Source: a virus
Lineage: Duplodnaviria > Heunggongvirae > Uroviricota > Caudoviricetes
Strand: one strand, 5' to 3'
Length of the DNA: 46,124 nt
Virus record (IMG/VR): IMGVR_UViG_2547132255_000002
Positions 1 through 9,145 of the stretch are shown here, piece after piece. A program made the translations under genes and the position numbers. The notes below the pieces were generated by a model. That model made no database searches. It was given only the letters and a program-made list of their open reading frames with translations, and was not told the DNA's origin. How positions within the stretch are numbered: position 1 is the stretch's first letter; each line of letters starts with the position of its first letter.

Positions 1-1284
1 CTACTTCTTCGCCTCTGCAACCACTTTGCTACCCACGCCGCGGTTATTGTATTCCCACATGCGGTTGTAGTTAGTGTCATTCAGATTGCGCTGTACTTCG
101 TCGTTATCATCAACGCTGCCGGTGTTACCCGCAAATGGACGATTAGAGATCACCGCATCAGCCCACGGTTTGGCTGTGTTAAAACCTTCGTTGATGGCGC
201 TATCACGGATCACTACCTGACCGTTGGTATTGGCATCAACATCCAGCGAGCGGCCCAGTTGCGCCACGCCATCACCGGAAGCATTGAAACGGCTGTTTAC
301 GGCGAGGAAACCGTAGTAAATGTTGGACAGCGTAGCCGGTGCAAACACATACGCTTCTTGCTGGGTACGGGAGTTCACCACGCGGAATTCGGTGTTATCG
401 AACACCACTGCGCCGCGACCAGAAACGATATCCACATCCCCTTCAATATAGCTGTTGGTCACCAGCGTACGCGGCTGACGATTCGTTTCCAGACGGTTCT
501 GCACACCGCTGTTGGTGACAAAGAAGGTGTTCTGACGACCGAGAATGTTGACGTTATTGATCTGCACTTTGTCGCCATCAGTACGCAGTGCCACCGCCGG
601 ATGGTTACCCGCATCTACGCTATCGCCCAGCGTGTTTTCGATGGTCAGGTTTTGCAGTTGCAGGCCATTGTTTTGTGACCAGAAGACCGCAGAGCAGAGA
701 ACACCGATACTGTCGCTGCGTTTACTCTGGCAGCTATCGTACATATACCACGCCGGTTTACCTGGCATATATTTGCCGCGCGGGTTGACGTCGTGACGCC
801 AGTCGGCAGGGCTCATGCCACCATCAAGGGAAAGCCCAATCTTCACATCAATCGGTTTTTCACCCGTACCGTACAGAGTAATTCCACCCGGAGCGGCAGG
901 GACATACACCGTTCCCTGATACTCACCAGGCATCACGGCAATATACTGGCGCTTGTTGGTACGCTTGATAATTGCCGCATCTACCGCCGCCTGAATCGTG
1001 GTATGCGTTACACCTTGAGTACCCGCCGGGCCGACAACAAAGTCAGGTTGCGCAGGCAGGGTAATCGGGGAAGGATTCCACGCTGCCGCACCTGGTGTCA
1101 GGGATGCAAAATAGTGTTGAGCATCGAAATTCTGCGCTTCTTTTGCCGACAGAATCGGGCGCGAAGAGGTACCAGGCGCGGTTTGATCAGAAGGACGTTG
1201 ATCGGGCGGTGTTGAGCTACAGGCGGTCAGCGTCACGCCAAAAGCCAATGCCAGCGCCAGACGGGAAACTGAAAATGTGTTCAC
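1..1284 (-). CDS. ybhC: Host outer-membrane lipoprotein YbhC (pectinesterase-family), flanking lambda attB
   Basis: 427-aa ORF with lipoprotein signal (LTACSS); lies immediately outside the attL core; name rests on recalled ybhC-attB-ybhB neighbourhood. Confidence 0.7.
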   Translation of the reverse strand: MNTFSVSRLALALAFGVTLTACSSTPPDQRPSDQTAPGTSSRPILSAKEAQNFDAQHYFASLTPGAAAWNPSPITLPAQPDFVVGPAGTQGVTHTTIQAAVDAAIIKRTNKRQYIAVMPGEYQGTVYVPAAPGGITLYGTGEKPIDVKIGLSLDGGMSPADWRHDVNPRGKYMPGKPAWYMYDSCQSKRSDSIGVLCSAVFWSQNNGLQLQNLTIENTLGDSVDAGNHPAVALRTDGDKVQINNVNILGRQNTFFVTNSGVQNRLETNRQPRTLVTNSYIEGDVDIVSGRGAVVFDNTEFRVVNSRTQQEAYVFAPATLSNIYYGFLAVNSRFNASGDGVAQLGRSLDVDANTNGQVVIRDSAINEGFNTAKPWADAVISNRPFAGNTGSVDDNDEVQRNLNDTNYNRMWEYNNRGVGSKVVAEAKK

Positions 1285-1330
1285 AGGTTGCTCCGGGCTA
1301 TGAAATAGAAAAATGAATCCGTTGAAGCCT

Positions 1331-1345
1331 GCTTTTTTATACTAA
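1331..1345. other. attL common core (B-O-P' junction)
   Basis: GCTTTTTTATACTAA preceded by host sequence gaagcctg and followed by the lambda P' arm (gttggcattataaaaaagcattgcttatcaatttgttgcaacgaacaggtcactat). Confidence 0.9.
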
Positions 1346-1418
1346 GTTGGCATTATAAAAAAGCATTGCTTATCAATTTGTTGCAACGAACAGGTCACTA
1401 TCAGTCAAAATAAAATCA
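1346..1418. promoter_or_regulatory. attP P' arm (Int arm-type and IHF binding region)
   Basis: Matches recalled lambda P' arm sequence up to the int stop codon. Confidence 0.75.
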
Positions 1419-2489
1419 TTATTTGATTTCAATTTTGTCCCACTCCCTGCCTCTGTCATCACGATACTGTGATGCCATGGTGTCCGACTTATGCCCGAGA
1501 AGATGTTGAGCAAACTTATCGCTTATCTGCTTCTCATAGAGTCTTGCAGACAAACTGCGCAACTCGTGAAAGGTTGGCGGATCCCCTTCGAAGGAAAGAC
1601 CTGATGCTTTTCGTGCGCGCATAAAATACCTTGATACTGTGCCGGATGAAAGCGGTTCACGACGAGTAGATGCAATTATGGTTTCTCCGCCAAGAATCTC
1701 TTTGCATTTATCAAGTGTTTCCTTCATTGATATCCCGAGAGCATCAACATGCAATGCTGTTGGGATGGCAATTTTTACGCCTGTTTTGCTTTGCTCGACA
1801 TAAAGATATCCATCTACGATATCAGACCACTTCATTTCGCATAAATCACCAACTCGTTGCCCGGTAACAACAGCCAGTTCCATTGCAAGTCTTAGCCAAT
1901 ATGGTGATGATTCTGCTGCTTGATAAATTTTCAGGTATTCGTCAGCCGTAAGTCTTGATCTCCTTACCTCTGATTTTGCTGCGCGAGTGGCAGCGACCGG
2001 GTTTGTTGTTATATGGCCTTCAGCTATTGCCTCTCGGAATGCATCGCTCAGTGTTGATCTGATTAACTTGGCTGACGCAGCCTTGCCCTCGTCTATGTAT
2101 CCATTGAGCATTGCCGCAATTTCTTTTGTGGTGATGTCTTCAAGTGGAGCATCAGGCAGACCCCTCCTTATTGCTTTAATTTTGCTCATGTAATTTATGA
2201 GAGTCTTCTGCTTGATTCCTCTGCTGGCGAGGATTTTTTCGTAGCGATCAAGCCATGAATGTAACGTAACAGAATTATCACTGTTGATTCTCGCTGTCAG
2301 AGGCTTGTGTTTGTGTCCTGAAAATAACTCAATGTTGGCCTGTATAGCTTCAGTGATTGCGATTCGCCTGTCTCGGCCTAATCCAAACTCTTTACCCGTC
2401 CTTGGGTCCCTGTAGCAGTAATATCCATTGTTTCTTATATAAAGGTTAGGGGGTAAATCCCGGCGCTCATGACTTCGCCTTCTTCCCAT
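1419..2489 (-). CDS. int: Tyrosine integrase, lambda Int
   Basis: 356-aa product MGRRRSHERRDLPPNLYIRNNGYYCYRDPRTGKEF... matches recalled lambda Int over its full length. Confidence 0.97.
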   Translation of the reverse strand: MGRRRSHERRDLPPNLYIRNNGYYCYRDPRTGKEFGLGRDRRIAITEAIQANIELFSGHKHKPLTARINSDNSVTLHSWLDRYEKILASRGIKQKTLINYMSKIKAIRRGLPDAPLEDITTKEIAAMLNGYIDEGKAASAKLIRSTLSDAFREAIAEGHITTNPVAATRAAKSEVRRSRLTADEYLKIYQAAESSPYWLRLAMELAVVTGQRVGDLCEMKWSDIVDGYLYVEQSKTGVKIAIPTALHVDALGISMKETLDKCKEILGGETIIASTRREPLSSGTVSRYFMRARKASGLSFEGDPPTFHELRSLSARLYEKQISDKFAQHLLGHKSDTMASQYRDDRGREWDKIEIK

Positions 2490-2685
2490 TTCTGATCCTC
2501 TTCAAAAGGCTACCTGTTACTGGTCGATTTAAGTCAACCTTTACCGCTGATTCGTGGAACAGATACTCTCTTCCATCCTTAACCGGAGGAGGGAATATCC
2601 TGCACTCGCGTACCCATCGACGAACTGTTTCAAGGCTTCTTGGGCGTCGCTGGCGTGCGTTCCACTCCTGAAGTGTCAAGTACAT
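2467..2685 (-). CDS. xis: Excisionase, lambda Xis
   Basis: 72-aa product MYLTLQEWNARQRRPRSLETVRRWVRECRIFPPP... matches lambda Xis; overlaps int start as in lambda. Confidence 0.95.
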   Translation of the reverse strand: MYLTLQEWNARQRRPRSLETVRRWVRECRIFPPPVKDGREYLFHESAVKVDLNRPVTGSLLKRIRNGKKAKS

Positions 2686-2903
2686 CGCAAAGTCTCCGCA
2701 ATTACACGCAAGAAAAAACCGCCATCAGGCGGCTTGGTGTTCTTTCAGTTCTTCAATTCGAATATTGGTTACGTCTGCATGTGCTATCTGCGCCCACAGC
2801 ATCCAGTGGTCATAGCAGTCATTGATGTTCTCTGCTTCGATAACTCTGTTGAATGGTTCTCCATTCCATTCACCTGTGACTCGGAAGTGCATTTATCATC
2901 TCC

Positions 2904-2930
2904 ATAAAACAAAACTCGCCGTAGCGAGTT
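2904..2930 (-). terminator. Putative intrinsic terminator on the leftward (pL) transcript upstream of xis
   Basis: Hairpin AACTCGC-cgta-GCGAGTT followed on the minus strand by a U-run (TTTTGTTTTAT). Confidence 0.45.
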
Positions 2931-2964
2931 CAGATAAAAGAAATCCCCGCGAGTGCGAGGATTG

Positions 2965-3249
2965 TTATTCATTGCCGATATTCACCTTTATCGCGAACAC
3001 CTTTACCGGTTTATCACCGAAGTGGGGATGTGTGATTGTCTTGATTTCATATCCGTCATACGGGACGTCAATTCTGCGGCTGGAATCGTCGCGCTTCGGA
3101 TATCCCTTTGTGATAATCAGGCGGTCATACTCGCGGAACATAATTCGCTTATTCCAGTAGTCATTACACAGGCGATACTCTTCCGTTTTCTCTCCGCGAA
3201 TCATGGCATCGAAGTATTCACCTTTAACGGCAAGTTGCAGGTTAGCCAC
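2965..3249 (-). CDS. Hypothetical protein, possible ASCH/PUA-like fold
   Basis: 94-aa ORF; N-terminus LAVKGEYFDAMIRGEKTEEYR resembles the ASCH beta-barrel start motif; recalled similarity only. Confidence 0.45.
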   Translation of the reverse strand: MANLQLAVKGEYFDAMIRGEKTEEYRLCNDYWNKRIMFREYDRLIITKGYPKRDDSSRRIDVPYDGYEIKTITHPHFGDKPVKVFAIKVNIGNE

Positions 3250-3303
3250 GACCTTCCTCCTTTGGCTTGTGAATTTGTATCGTCATGCCGCTTTGAGTGG
3301 TGA

Positions 3304-3528
3304 CTACAACGACAGAACCAGGCTGAAGACTGTTAAGATTGAATGCTTCGTAAAACGAATCCAAGGCCAGCGCTTTTTATTCTTTCGGTTCCACCAACGC
3401 CATCCCTTGCTACAGGCTACACTGACAATCCACTGTCCACTCCTGTAAGCCATATAAAACCAGATGAGCAAAACCTGAAGGAAGGCTATCCAGTCAATAA
3501 TCGTATATTTCGCGAAGGAGTCCATCAC
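3304..3528 (-). CDS. Small hydrophobic (membrane) protein
   Basis: 74-aa ORF whose ATG overlaps the stop of the upstream gene (ATGA coupling); hydrophobic stretch IIDWIAFLQVLLIWFYMAY. Confidence 0.4.
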   Translation of the reverse strand: MMDSFAKYTIIDWIAFLQVLLIWFYMAYRSGQWIVSVACSKGWRWWNRKNKKRWPWIRFTKHSILTVFSLVLSL

Positions 3529-4421
3529 TTCACCTCCTGCTGCGGTGCTGCTGGCATTTCACGCCAGTGCGTAACTGAGTGCGGATCCGGATATTCGGTG
3601 CCATCATCCCAGCGATTGCCATTCCACATTGCAGACCACATCTCACCGTCTTCATACATGACCATTACCGGAATTAACTTATCCGGCATTCGCTCACTAC
3701 AGCTTATCCAACCATCCGGAGTTACCGGATAGTTGCCAGCCAGTCTACGCAAAACAGCCTTAACCGCCTCAATACGGTCATCATCGCAATTTTCCAGCGT
3801 ATCTATGCGGTCGAGCATGATGATGGCGTTATCAATATCAGGATTGCCGGTCCACTCATTACTGCGATTGGATTCGGCAGCCTGGTTGCCAGATGCTGGT
3901 TGATTGTCGGCTTGGCTATAGCTAACAGCACGGCAGGCATCCTCTACGCCTTTAACTGCATCTGCGCAGTAGTTATAGCGATTGCATTCCACTAACTTCT
4001 GCTTGAGATTTTCAATTGCTTGCGCGACATCAGCCTGTATTACCGGCGCTGGCGGAGTGGTATATAGTTTTCGGCATTTGTTTATCCAACCGGCATGGTC
4101 AGGCGTGTCTGTAAAGCGCAAATCGTCTTCGTAGCCCTCACGACTACGTTCTTTCCATTCCGTCCACGGAACACCGCTATTCCAGGTGGGGCGAGTGCAG
4201 GACTGATACAGAACAGGCTCTGATTCCAGCGATGCCAGCACAATTCGTGCCAGCTCACGCACAACTTCAGGGGGCGCGTGACGGTCATTCAGGTCATCCC
4301 ACAGCCGTAGCATGTTATCGCTATCAGGGTTAACATCCTCGTTAGTTCCGGCCAGCGCACTAATAACCTCATCGGCTGCTTCAATAATTTTCTGTGCCTG
4401 TTCTCTGGTAATAGTGGTCAT
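3525..4421 (-). CDS. Hypothetical phage protein with DUF551-like C-terminal domain
   Basis: 298-aa ORF; C-terminal segment (DGWISCSERMPD...VTHWREMP) resembles the DUF551 domain common in lambdoid early-left regions. Confidence 0.55.
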   Translation of the reverse strand: MTTITREQAQKIIEAADEVISALAGTNEDVNPDSDNMLRLWDDLNDRHAPPEVVRELARIVLASLESEPVLYQSCTRPTWNSGVPWTEWKERSREGYEDDLRFTDTPDHAGWINKCRKLYTTPPAPVIQADVAQAIENLKQKLVECNRYNYCADAVKGVEDACRAVSYSQADNQPASGNQAAESNRSNEWTGNPDIDNAIIMLDRIDTLENCDDDRIEAVKAVLRRLAGNYPVTPDGWISCSERMPDKLIPVMVMYEDGEMWSAMWNGNRWDDGTEYPDPHSVTHWREMPAAPQQEVK

Positions 4422-4422
4422 A

Positions 4423-5139
4423 TCACTCTCCTTTCCCCTGAAGCATGGCGTTGCTCCGCTCTATACCATCCAGCGCGATTCGCAGTGCCTGAATTGTGGT
4501 AATGCTATCGTTTGGGGCTATTCCATATCGCTCGAATACAGCGATATGACCGCGCATAATCTCAGGCGTAAGCTCTTTGTAAGCATAAGCAAGAGACTCT
4601 GATGCATTATCCGGCACTACTGGCGATGGCTGTTTAGCTTCTAAATCAGCAATTCTGTCAACCACGGCATCGACAGCATCTGAAAAGCCGAACCAGTTGC
4701 TCCACTCAGGCCTATCCCCGGTTGCTGCAAAATACATATCAGCTAAAGCAGACTCAGCATGGTCACGCTCGTTGATGAGTTGCTCTTCGCTTTTCTCCAG
4801 TTCAGCAATACGCTTACTTCCATCCGCGATTACTCCCTCGTAATACTCGCGTTGCTCGTTGAGTTTTGATTTTGCTTCCTCAAGCTCAACACGCAGCTTC
4901 CCTACCGTTAGCGCAATATCCTCGTTCTCCTGGTCACGGCGTTTGATGTATTGCTGGTTTCTTTCCCGTTCATCCAGAAGCGCCAGCACAATGTGTGGCG
5001 TTATTAAGGACTCAAATTCGGCAACAGCTTGCTCACCTCGCTTGTAATTCTTAATCCCACCTAAATCTTTCGCGTTCTGTGCCGCCTCACGCAGTGCCTG
5101 GTAATTAATTTCGCTCACTGGTTGCCTCCTTTGCGCCAC
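4423..5139 (-). CDS. Hypothetical coiled-coil protein (Ea22-like position)
   Basis: 238-aa ORF, charged coiled-coil-like middle; placement between xis and recombination genes. Confidence 0.5.
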   Translation of the reverse strand: MAQRRQPVSEINYQALREAAQNAKDLGGIKNYKRGEQAVAEFESLITPHIVLALLDERERNQQYIKRRDQENEDIALTVGKLRVELEEAKSKLNEQREYYEGVIADGSKRIAELEKSEEQLINERDHAESALADMYFAATGDRPEWSNWFGFSDAVDAVVDRIADLEAKQPSPVVPDNASESLAYAYKELTPEIMRGHIAVFERYGIAPNDSITTIQALRIALDGIERSNAMLQGKGE

Positions 5140-5300
5140 ATCGCATTCAGATATTTGTTTTGATTCACGGACGGAAAAGAATTTCTCTTAAGCAATTCCT
5201 CTCTCGATGGCATTGGCTTTACGCGTTGGCGAATAATCATTTCTGCCGGAAGAATGCCGGGATTGTATGCAAGTCCTCTCATGGTAAATTCCTCAGTCAT
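5115..5300 (-). CDS. Hypothetical small protein
   Basis: Internal ATG ([10 protein letters not shown]...) of the 5115-5435 ORF placed right at the stop of the upstream gene; weak. Confidence 0.3.
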   Translation of the reverse strand: MTEEFTMRGLAYNPGILPAEMIIRQRVKPMPSREELLKRNSFPSVNQNKYLNAMWRKGGNQ

Positions 5301-5589
5301 TACTGATAGCGCCATAGCGTGAGCGGTAATTACGCAGGCGCGGGTCGATATATTCAGGGAAGTGGGTATATGTGGCTTTGCGGAATGGTCGGATTGATGT
5401 CTGGTAAATTCGCTCGCGTTCTTCTTTCTCTGCAAGCCATATACAGTGGCGAGATTCCTTTTCCTCTTTCGTTTCCTGCGGTAGAGACATTATTCGATCG
5501 TAGTTTTTTCTGAATTTATCCAGCACCTCCGATACGGAATTGCCGGAACAGCGGCGCGCGTCATCCGCACCATACAGAGGCGCTGGCAT
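5293..5589 (-). CDS. Hypothetical protein
   Basis: 98-aa ORF in the leftward operon, 16 nt downstream of the exonuclease gene. Confidence 0.45.
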   Translation of the reverse strand: MPAPLYGADDARRCSGNSVSEVLDKFRKNYDRIMSLPQETKEEKESRHCIWLAEKEERERIYQTSIRPFRKATYTHFPEYIDPRLRNYRSRYGAISND

Positions 5590-5605
5590 GGTTTTCTCCT
5601 GTTGA

Positions 5606-6154
5606 TTATTTAGCTAACTTTTTCCAGATCGCTGAAACGTATTTGGCTTGGTGAATGGCATCATCAAGCGCGTTGTGGCGAGTTCCTTTGAATGGCATAT
5701 CTCGCTTAGGGTCGAATCCTATTACCTTCCCAAGTTCGACGATTGTTCTTACGTCTCGGTCATTCCACCACTGCCACGGAACTGGCTGCCCTGTCAGCGA
5801 ATAACTGTTGCGGAGAATAACGCAGTCAAATGATGCTCCATTCCCCCAAACCTGAACGAATTTGTGGTTAGCGTTCTTTATGATGAATTCAGATAACCAT
5901 GAAAGAGCCGTTGAAAGCTCCTGAGTGTTGCTGGTTAGCGATTTTCTGGCTTCTTCACTCTGTTCCAGCCACCATAAAATCGTTGAAGCGTCAGGACGCG
6001 CCCGATATCGCATTGATGACTCAAGCGAGATATTTACCGAGAACTCTTCTCCTGTTTCTCCGGTATTCGGGTCAAAGAATACTGCCCCAATAGAAATAAC
6101 TGGCGCGTATGGCCCGTTGCCCATTGTTTCAAGGTCAACCATCAAGTGATTCAT
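5606..6154 (-). CDS. DEDDh-type 3'-5' exonuclease (DnaQ-like)
   Basis: 182 aa; Exo I motif MVDLETMG near the N-terminus and Exo III motif HNALDDA near the C-terminus; RBS aagga upstream. Confidence 0.7.
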   Translation of the reverse strand: MNHLMVDLETMGNGPYAPVISIGAVFFDPNTGETGEEFSVNISLESSMRYRARPDASTILWWLEQSEEARKSLTSNTQELSTALSWLSEFIIKNANHKFVQVWGNGASFDCVILRNSYSLTGQPVPWQWWNDRDVRTIVELGKVIGFDPKRDMPFKGTRHNALDDAIHQAKYVSAIWKKLAK

Positions 6155-6162
6155 GTAAGTCC

Positions 6163-6669
6163 TTAAATTGCGTGAATAGCGTGACGAGGGAAGGGGAGAG
6201 TTACTGGTGCAAAGGGTATATCGTCGTCAAAATCCATCGGAGGTTCGTTGTGTTGTGCTGGTGATGATTGCTGCTGTGGCTTCTGTGATTGCCTGCTGGC
6301 TGCTTGTTGTTTGCTGTCGCCAATGCCGCCAAGCATTTGCATCACGCCATTAATTCCGACATGAACCTCGGTTGTGTAACGGTCTTGTCCTGACTGGTCT
6401 TTCCACTTTCTGGTTCTCAGCATTCCCTCGAAATAAATCTGATCACCTTTTTTCACATACTGCCCCACGACCTCAGCCAGTTTCCCGGATACAGCAACAC
6501 GATGCCATTCAGTCAATTCCTTTTGCTCGCCAGTATTTTTATCTCGCCATTGTTCTGACGTGGCTATTGTCAGGTTAGCGAACGCTGTTCCTGATGGTGA
6601 GTATCGAACTTCCGGGTCTTGTCCTACCCGACCAAGGATAATCACCTTATTTACGCCTCTGCTTGCCAT
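6163..6669 (-). CDS. ssb: Single-stranded DNA-binding protein with C-terminal extension after DDDIPF
   Basis: [23 protein letters not shown]... OB-fold core closely matches E. coli SSB; acidic tip DFDDDIPF present but followed by 15 more codons. Confidence 0.9.
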   Translation of the reverse strand: MASRGVNKVIILGRVGQDPEVRYSPSGTAFANLTIATSEQWRDKNTGEQKELTEWHRVAVSGKLAEVVGQYVKKGDQIYFEGMLRTRKWKDQSGQDRYTTEVHVGINGVMQMLGGIGDSKQQAASRQSQKPQQQSSPAQHNEPPMDFDDDIPFAPVTLPFPRHAIHAI

Positions 6670-7377
6670 TTATGCCGCCTGTTTTAGTTCGTTAACTCTG
6701 ATGTTCATTACCTGAACGCATTTAGCCTGCGCATCCTCATTGCCAGCCATTAATTGCCAGTCATGCTGATAACGTTCTATGAGTTTTTTCTTGTCAGTTT
6801 CTGTCGAAGCATAATCACTGAAGTCTTTCAGGATTTGTTCGCAGTCAACCGATGGAGATTTCTGGTTGGTATTTTCTGGTGATGGTTGATTGCCAGATGC
6901 TGGCATTGCCCATCCCGGCAGCGATGGAGGGGACCAGTAAAATCCTGTTCCATCTTTCAGTTTTGCCCTGTGCCATCCCTGCTTTTTATCGAGAGATGTT
7001 TGTGCGAAACCTTCCTCAAGGTTATACAGATACCGACCGATTCCCCACTGAACGGCAGCACGCTTCATTGCACCGGAACGACCACCTTTGACGGCTTCTA
7101 CCTGCGTGTTTTCAGCAGCATCCCATTTGGTTACCCATTCGGAATCAATCTTGATTGATATGCCGCATTCAACTCCGCCGTTGTTGGGAATATCGCGGTA
7201 TTCATTGCGCCATCCTGCTTTGCCGCAAACATCGTCCAGGCGTTTCATGATTGCCCTGTTCGTGACATAAGCCAGCACCATAGCCCACACCTTGCCATCG
7301 CGTGTTTTACCGCTTTGCTGTATTCGCCATTCGATATCTTCAGGGCTGAATGGCTCATCGAATTTGTTCAAATCCAT
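6670..7377 (-). CDS. Rad52-like single-strand annealing protein (Sak-type recombinase)
   Basis: 235-aa ORF directly upstream of ssb and exonuclease; strong RBS (gaggtg); family assignment from recalled Rad52/22-type prophage proteins. Confidence 0.6.
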   Translation of the reverse strand: MDLNKFDEPFSPEDIEWRIQQSGKTRDGKVWAMVLAYVTNRAIMKRLDDVCGKAGWRNEYRDIPNNGGVECGISIKIDSEWVTKWDAAENTQVEAVKGGRSGAMKRAAVQWGIGRYLYNLEEGFAQTSLDKKQGWHRAKLKDGTGFYWSPPSLPGWAMPASGNQPSPENTNQKSPSVDCEQILKDFSDYASTETDKKKLIERYQHDWQLMAGNEDAQAKCVQVMNIRVNELKQAA

Positions 7378-7476
7378 AATTCACCTCAGAATGGACACGG
7401 CCCAAGGAAATAACGCTGATTTAATACTTCGACTCGGGACAAATTAAGGCATACCCGCATTCCTTCGCGGTCGCCA

Positions 7477-7635
7477 TTATGGCGATACCAGAGAGCTTTC
7501 TGCGTGTACATGCGCCTCTGTAACTTGCTCTCCTTCACTGTGGTTGCAAGTGACATGAATATCTCCTTCGTTGCCGATTAATTCTTTCATCTGACGAATG
7601 AATTCTTCGTCTGACCAGTTATCTGTAAAACTCAT
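7477..7635 (-). CDS. Small protein translationally coupled to cIII (Kil-equivalent position)
   Basis: 52-aa ORF MSFTDNWSDEEFIRQMKEL...; its ATG overlaps the cIII stop (ATGA). Confidence 0.4.
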   Translation of the reverse strand: MSFTDNWSDEEFIRQMKELIGNEGDIHVTCNHSEGEQVTEAHVHAESSLVSP

Positions 7636-7802
7636 GGACGGCCTTGTTGTTTCAAAATATCCCAAAGCTTTTCGAGCAAGCTTTTCATTCTTGGTTGTTT
7701 AAAGTCTGCTCCGGTTAAAATATTTTTTCGTGAATGCTGTACCGATAAAATCGGGTTGAAAGGGCGAACCGATGCCACCCCTGCAATAGCGAACTGTTGC
7801 AT
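7632..7802 (-). CDS. cIII: cIII-like inhibitor of FtsH
   Basis: 56-aa MQQFAIAGVAS...MKSLLEKLWDILKQQGRP resembles lambda cIII (MQYAIAG...SLLERITRKLRDGWKRLIDILNQPG); GGAG RBS. Confidence 0.65.
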   Translation of the reverse strand: MQQFAIAGVASVRPFNPILSVQHSRKNILTGADFKQPRMKSLLEKLWDILKQQGRP

Positions 7803-7860
7803 AGGATGCTCCTTCTGTTTGATTGCATAACGAAAACGCCTCGAGTGAAGCGTTATTGGT

Positions 7861-7890
7861 ATGCATATAAAAAGGCCCTCACACTGGAGG
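7861..7890 (-). terminator. Putative intrinsic terminator in the pL operon (tL1-like)
   Basis: On minus strand: GCCCTC-cagtgt-GAGGGC followed by CTTTTTAT. Confidence 0.5.
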
Positions 7891-8026
7891 GCAAAGAAGA
7901 TTTCCAATAATCAGAACAAGTCGGCTCCTGTTTGGTTACGAGCGACATTGCTCCGTGTATTCACTCGTTGGAATGAATACACAGTGCAGTGTTTATTCTG
8001 TTGTTTATGCCAAAAATAAAGGACGA

Positions 8027-8650
8027 TTATGCGACCTCGGAAGGAAGTCCAATCATCTTATTCAAATCTTCTACCCGTAAAGCAGGAAGTGCTGTACTTG
8101 CTTTATCTGCTTCTTTTGGTAGCAACTCTTTGCTTTCAGGCCAAACTTCAATAAGTCGCTTAACTGTTGTGACTGAGTTCAAAGCAGCCCATACATTTGA
8201 TTCGATATCCTTTTTCTTGGCTTCAAGTTTTTGTTGCAATGCGCAGATTTCATCAAACCTTTTTGTTATTTCGTGTTCTGCGCTAAACATGCATTTATCT
8301 TTGGTCGGAGTAGGGAGCAATATATCTTCGCCGTTGCCGTCTTTCCCATATGAATACCAGCCAACCCTTCTGCCAGATACAGTCAGATAAATTGAAGTTG
8401 AACGGGCATCGCATGAGTAAAATGAACATCCCAGCTTTTCAAGTTCTTCGCTTATAGCCATTAACTTGGATGATAACTGATCCACTTCCTCAGTTTTCTT
8501 TTTACCGCCAAACGCAACAACTCTGGCGTCAAGTGCAAGCTGGTTCTTTAACTTTGTTACTTCTTCAAGCTCAGTGAAAACCCCAGATTTAATTAAAGCG
8601 TTACGAGCGATTTTCTCTTTCATTCTCGTAGTTAAGCGGATTGATGACAT
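8027..8650 (-). CDS. Hypothetical protein in the N-cIII moron slot
   Basis: 207 aa from ATG at 8650 (MSSIRLTTRMKEK...) with RBS GAGAGGA; no family recognised. Confidence 0.6.
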   Translation of the reverse strand: MSSIRLTTRMKEKIARNALIKSGVFTELEEVTKLKNQLALDARVVAFGGKKKTEEVDQLSSKLMAISEELEKLGCSFYSCDARSTSIYLTVSGRRVGWYSYGKDGNGEDILLPTPTKDKCMFSAEHEITKRFDEICALQQKLEAKKKDIESNVWAALNSVTTVKRLIEVWPESKELLPKEADKASTALPALRVEDLNKMIGLPSEVA

Positions 8651-8661
8651 ATTAATTCCTC

Positions 8662-8988
8662 TCAAATAAGTGGTTTGCTGCCTAATTTCATTTTCTGGCG
8701 ACCAACACAAGTCACACCCATTTCACTGCGTGGCTTGCTGTACCATGTGCGCTGATTCTTGCGCTCAATACGTTGCAGGTTGCTTTCAATCTGTTCGTGG
8801 TATTCAGCCAGCACCGTAAGGTCTATCGGATTCAGTGCGCTTTCTACTCGTGATTTCGGTTTGCGATTCAGCGAGAGAATAGGGCGGTTAACTGGTTTTG
8901 CGCTTACCCCAACCAACAGGGGATTTGCTGCTTTCCATTGAGCCTGTTTCTCTGCGCGACGTTCGCGGCGGCGTGTTTGTGCATCCAT
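8662..8988 (-). CDS. N: Antitermination protein N (lambda type)
   Basis: MDAQTRRRERRAEKQAQWKAANPLLVGVSAKPVNRPILSLNRKPKSRVESALNPIDLTVLAEYH... matches lambda N including the ARM. Confidence 0.95.
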   Translation of the reverse strand: MDAQTRRRERRAEKQAQWKAANPLLVGVSAKPVNRPILSLNRKPKSRVESALNPIDLTVLAEYHEQIESNLQRIERKNQRTWYSKPRSEMGVTCVGRQKMKLGSKPLI

Positions 8989-9145
8989 CTGGATTCTCCT
9001 GTCAGTTAGCTTTGGTTGTGTGTGGGAGTCGTAGTCCTGAACGAAAACACCCCGCAATGGCACATTGGCAGCTAATCCGGATTCGCACTTCCGGCCAATG
9101 CTTCGTTTCGTATCACACACACCAAAGCCTTCTGCTTTGAATGCT

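Noticed and set aside
259-1316. Several plus-strand ORFs (139, 83, 66, 140, 73 aa) inside the ybhC locus
   Set aside because: All are antisense and fully nested within the 427-aa ybhC ORF, with Arg/Cys-rich low-complexity products typical of reverse-strand artefacts
2784-2972. 62-aa minus-strand ORF between xis and the ASCH-like gene
   Set aside because: Overlaps the terminator hairpin and U-run at 2904-2930; composition not protein-like; likely non-coding
7989-8390. 133-aa plus-strand ORF
   Set aside because: Antisense and nested within the better-supported minus-strand gene 8027-8650; no RBS
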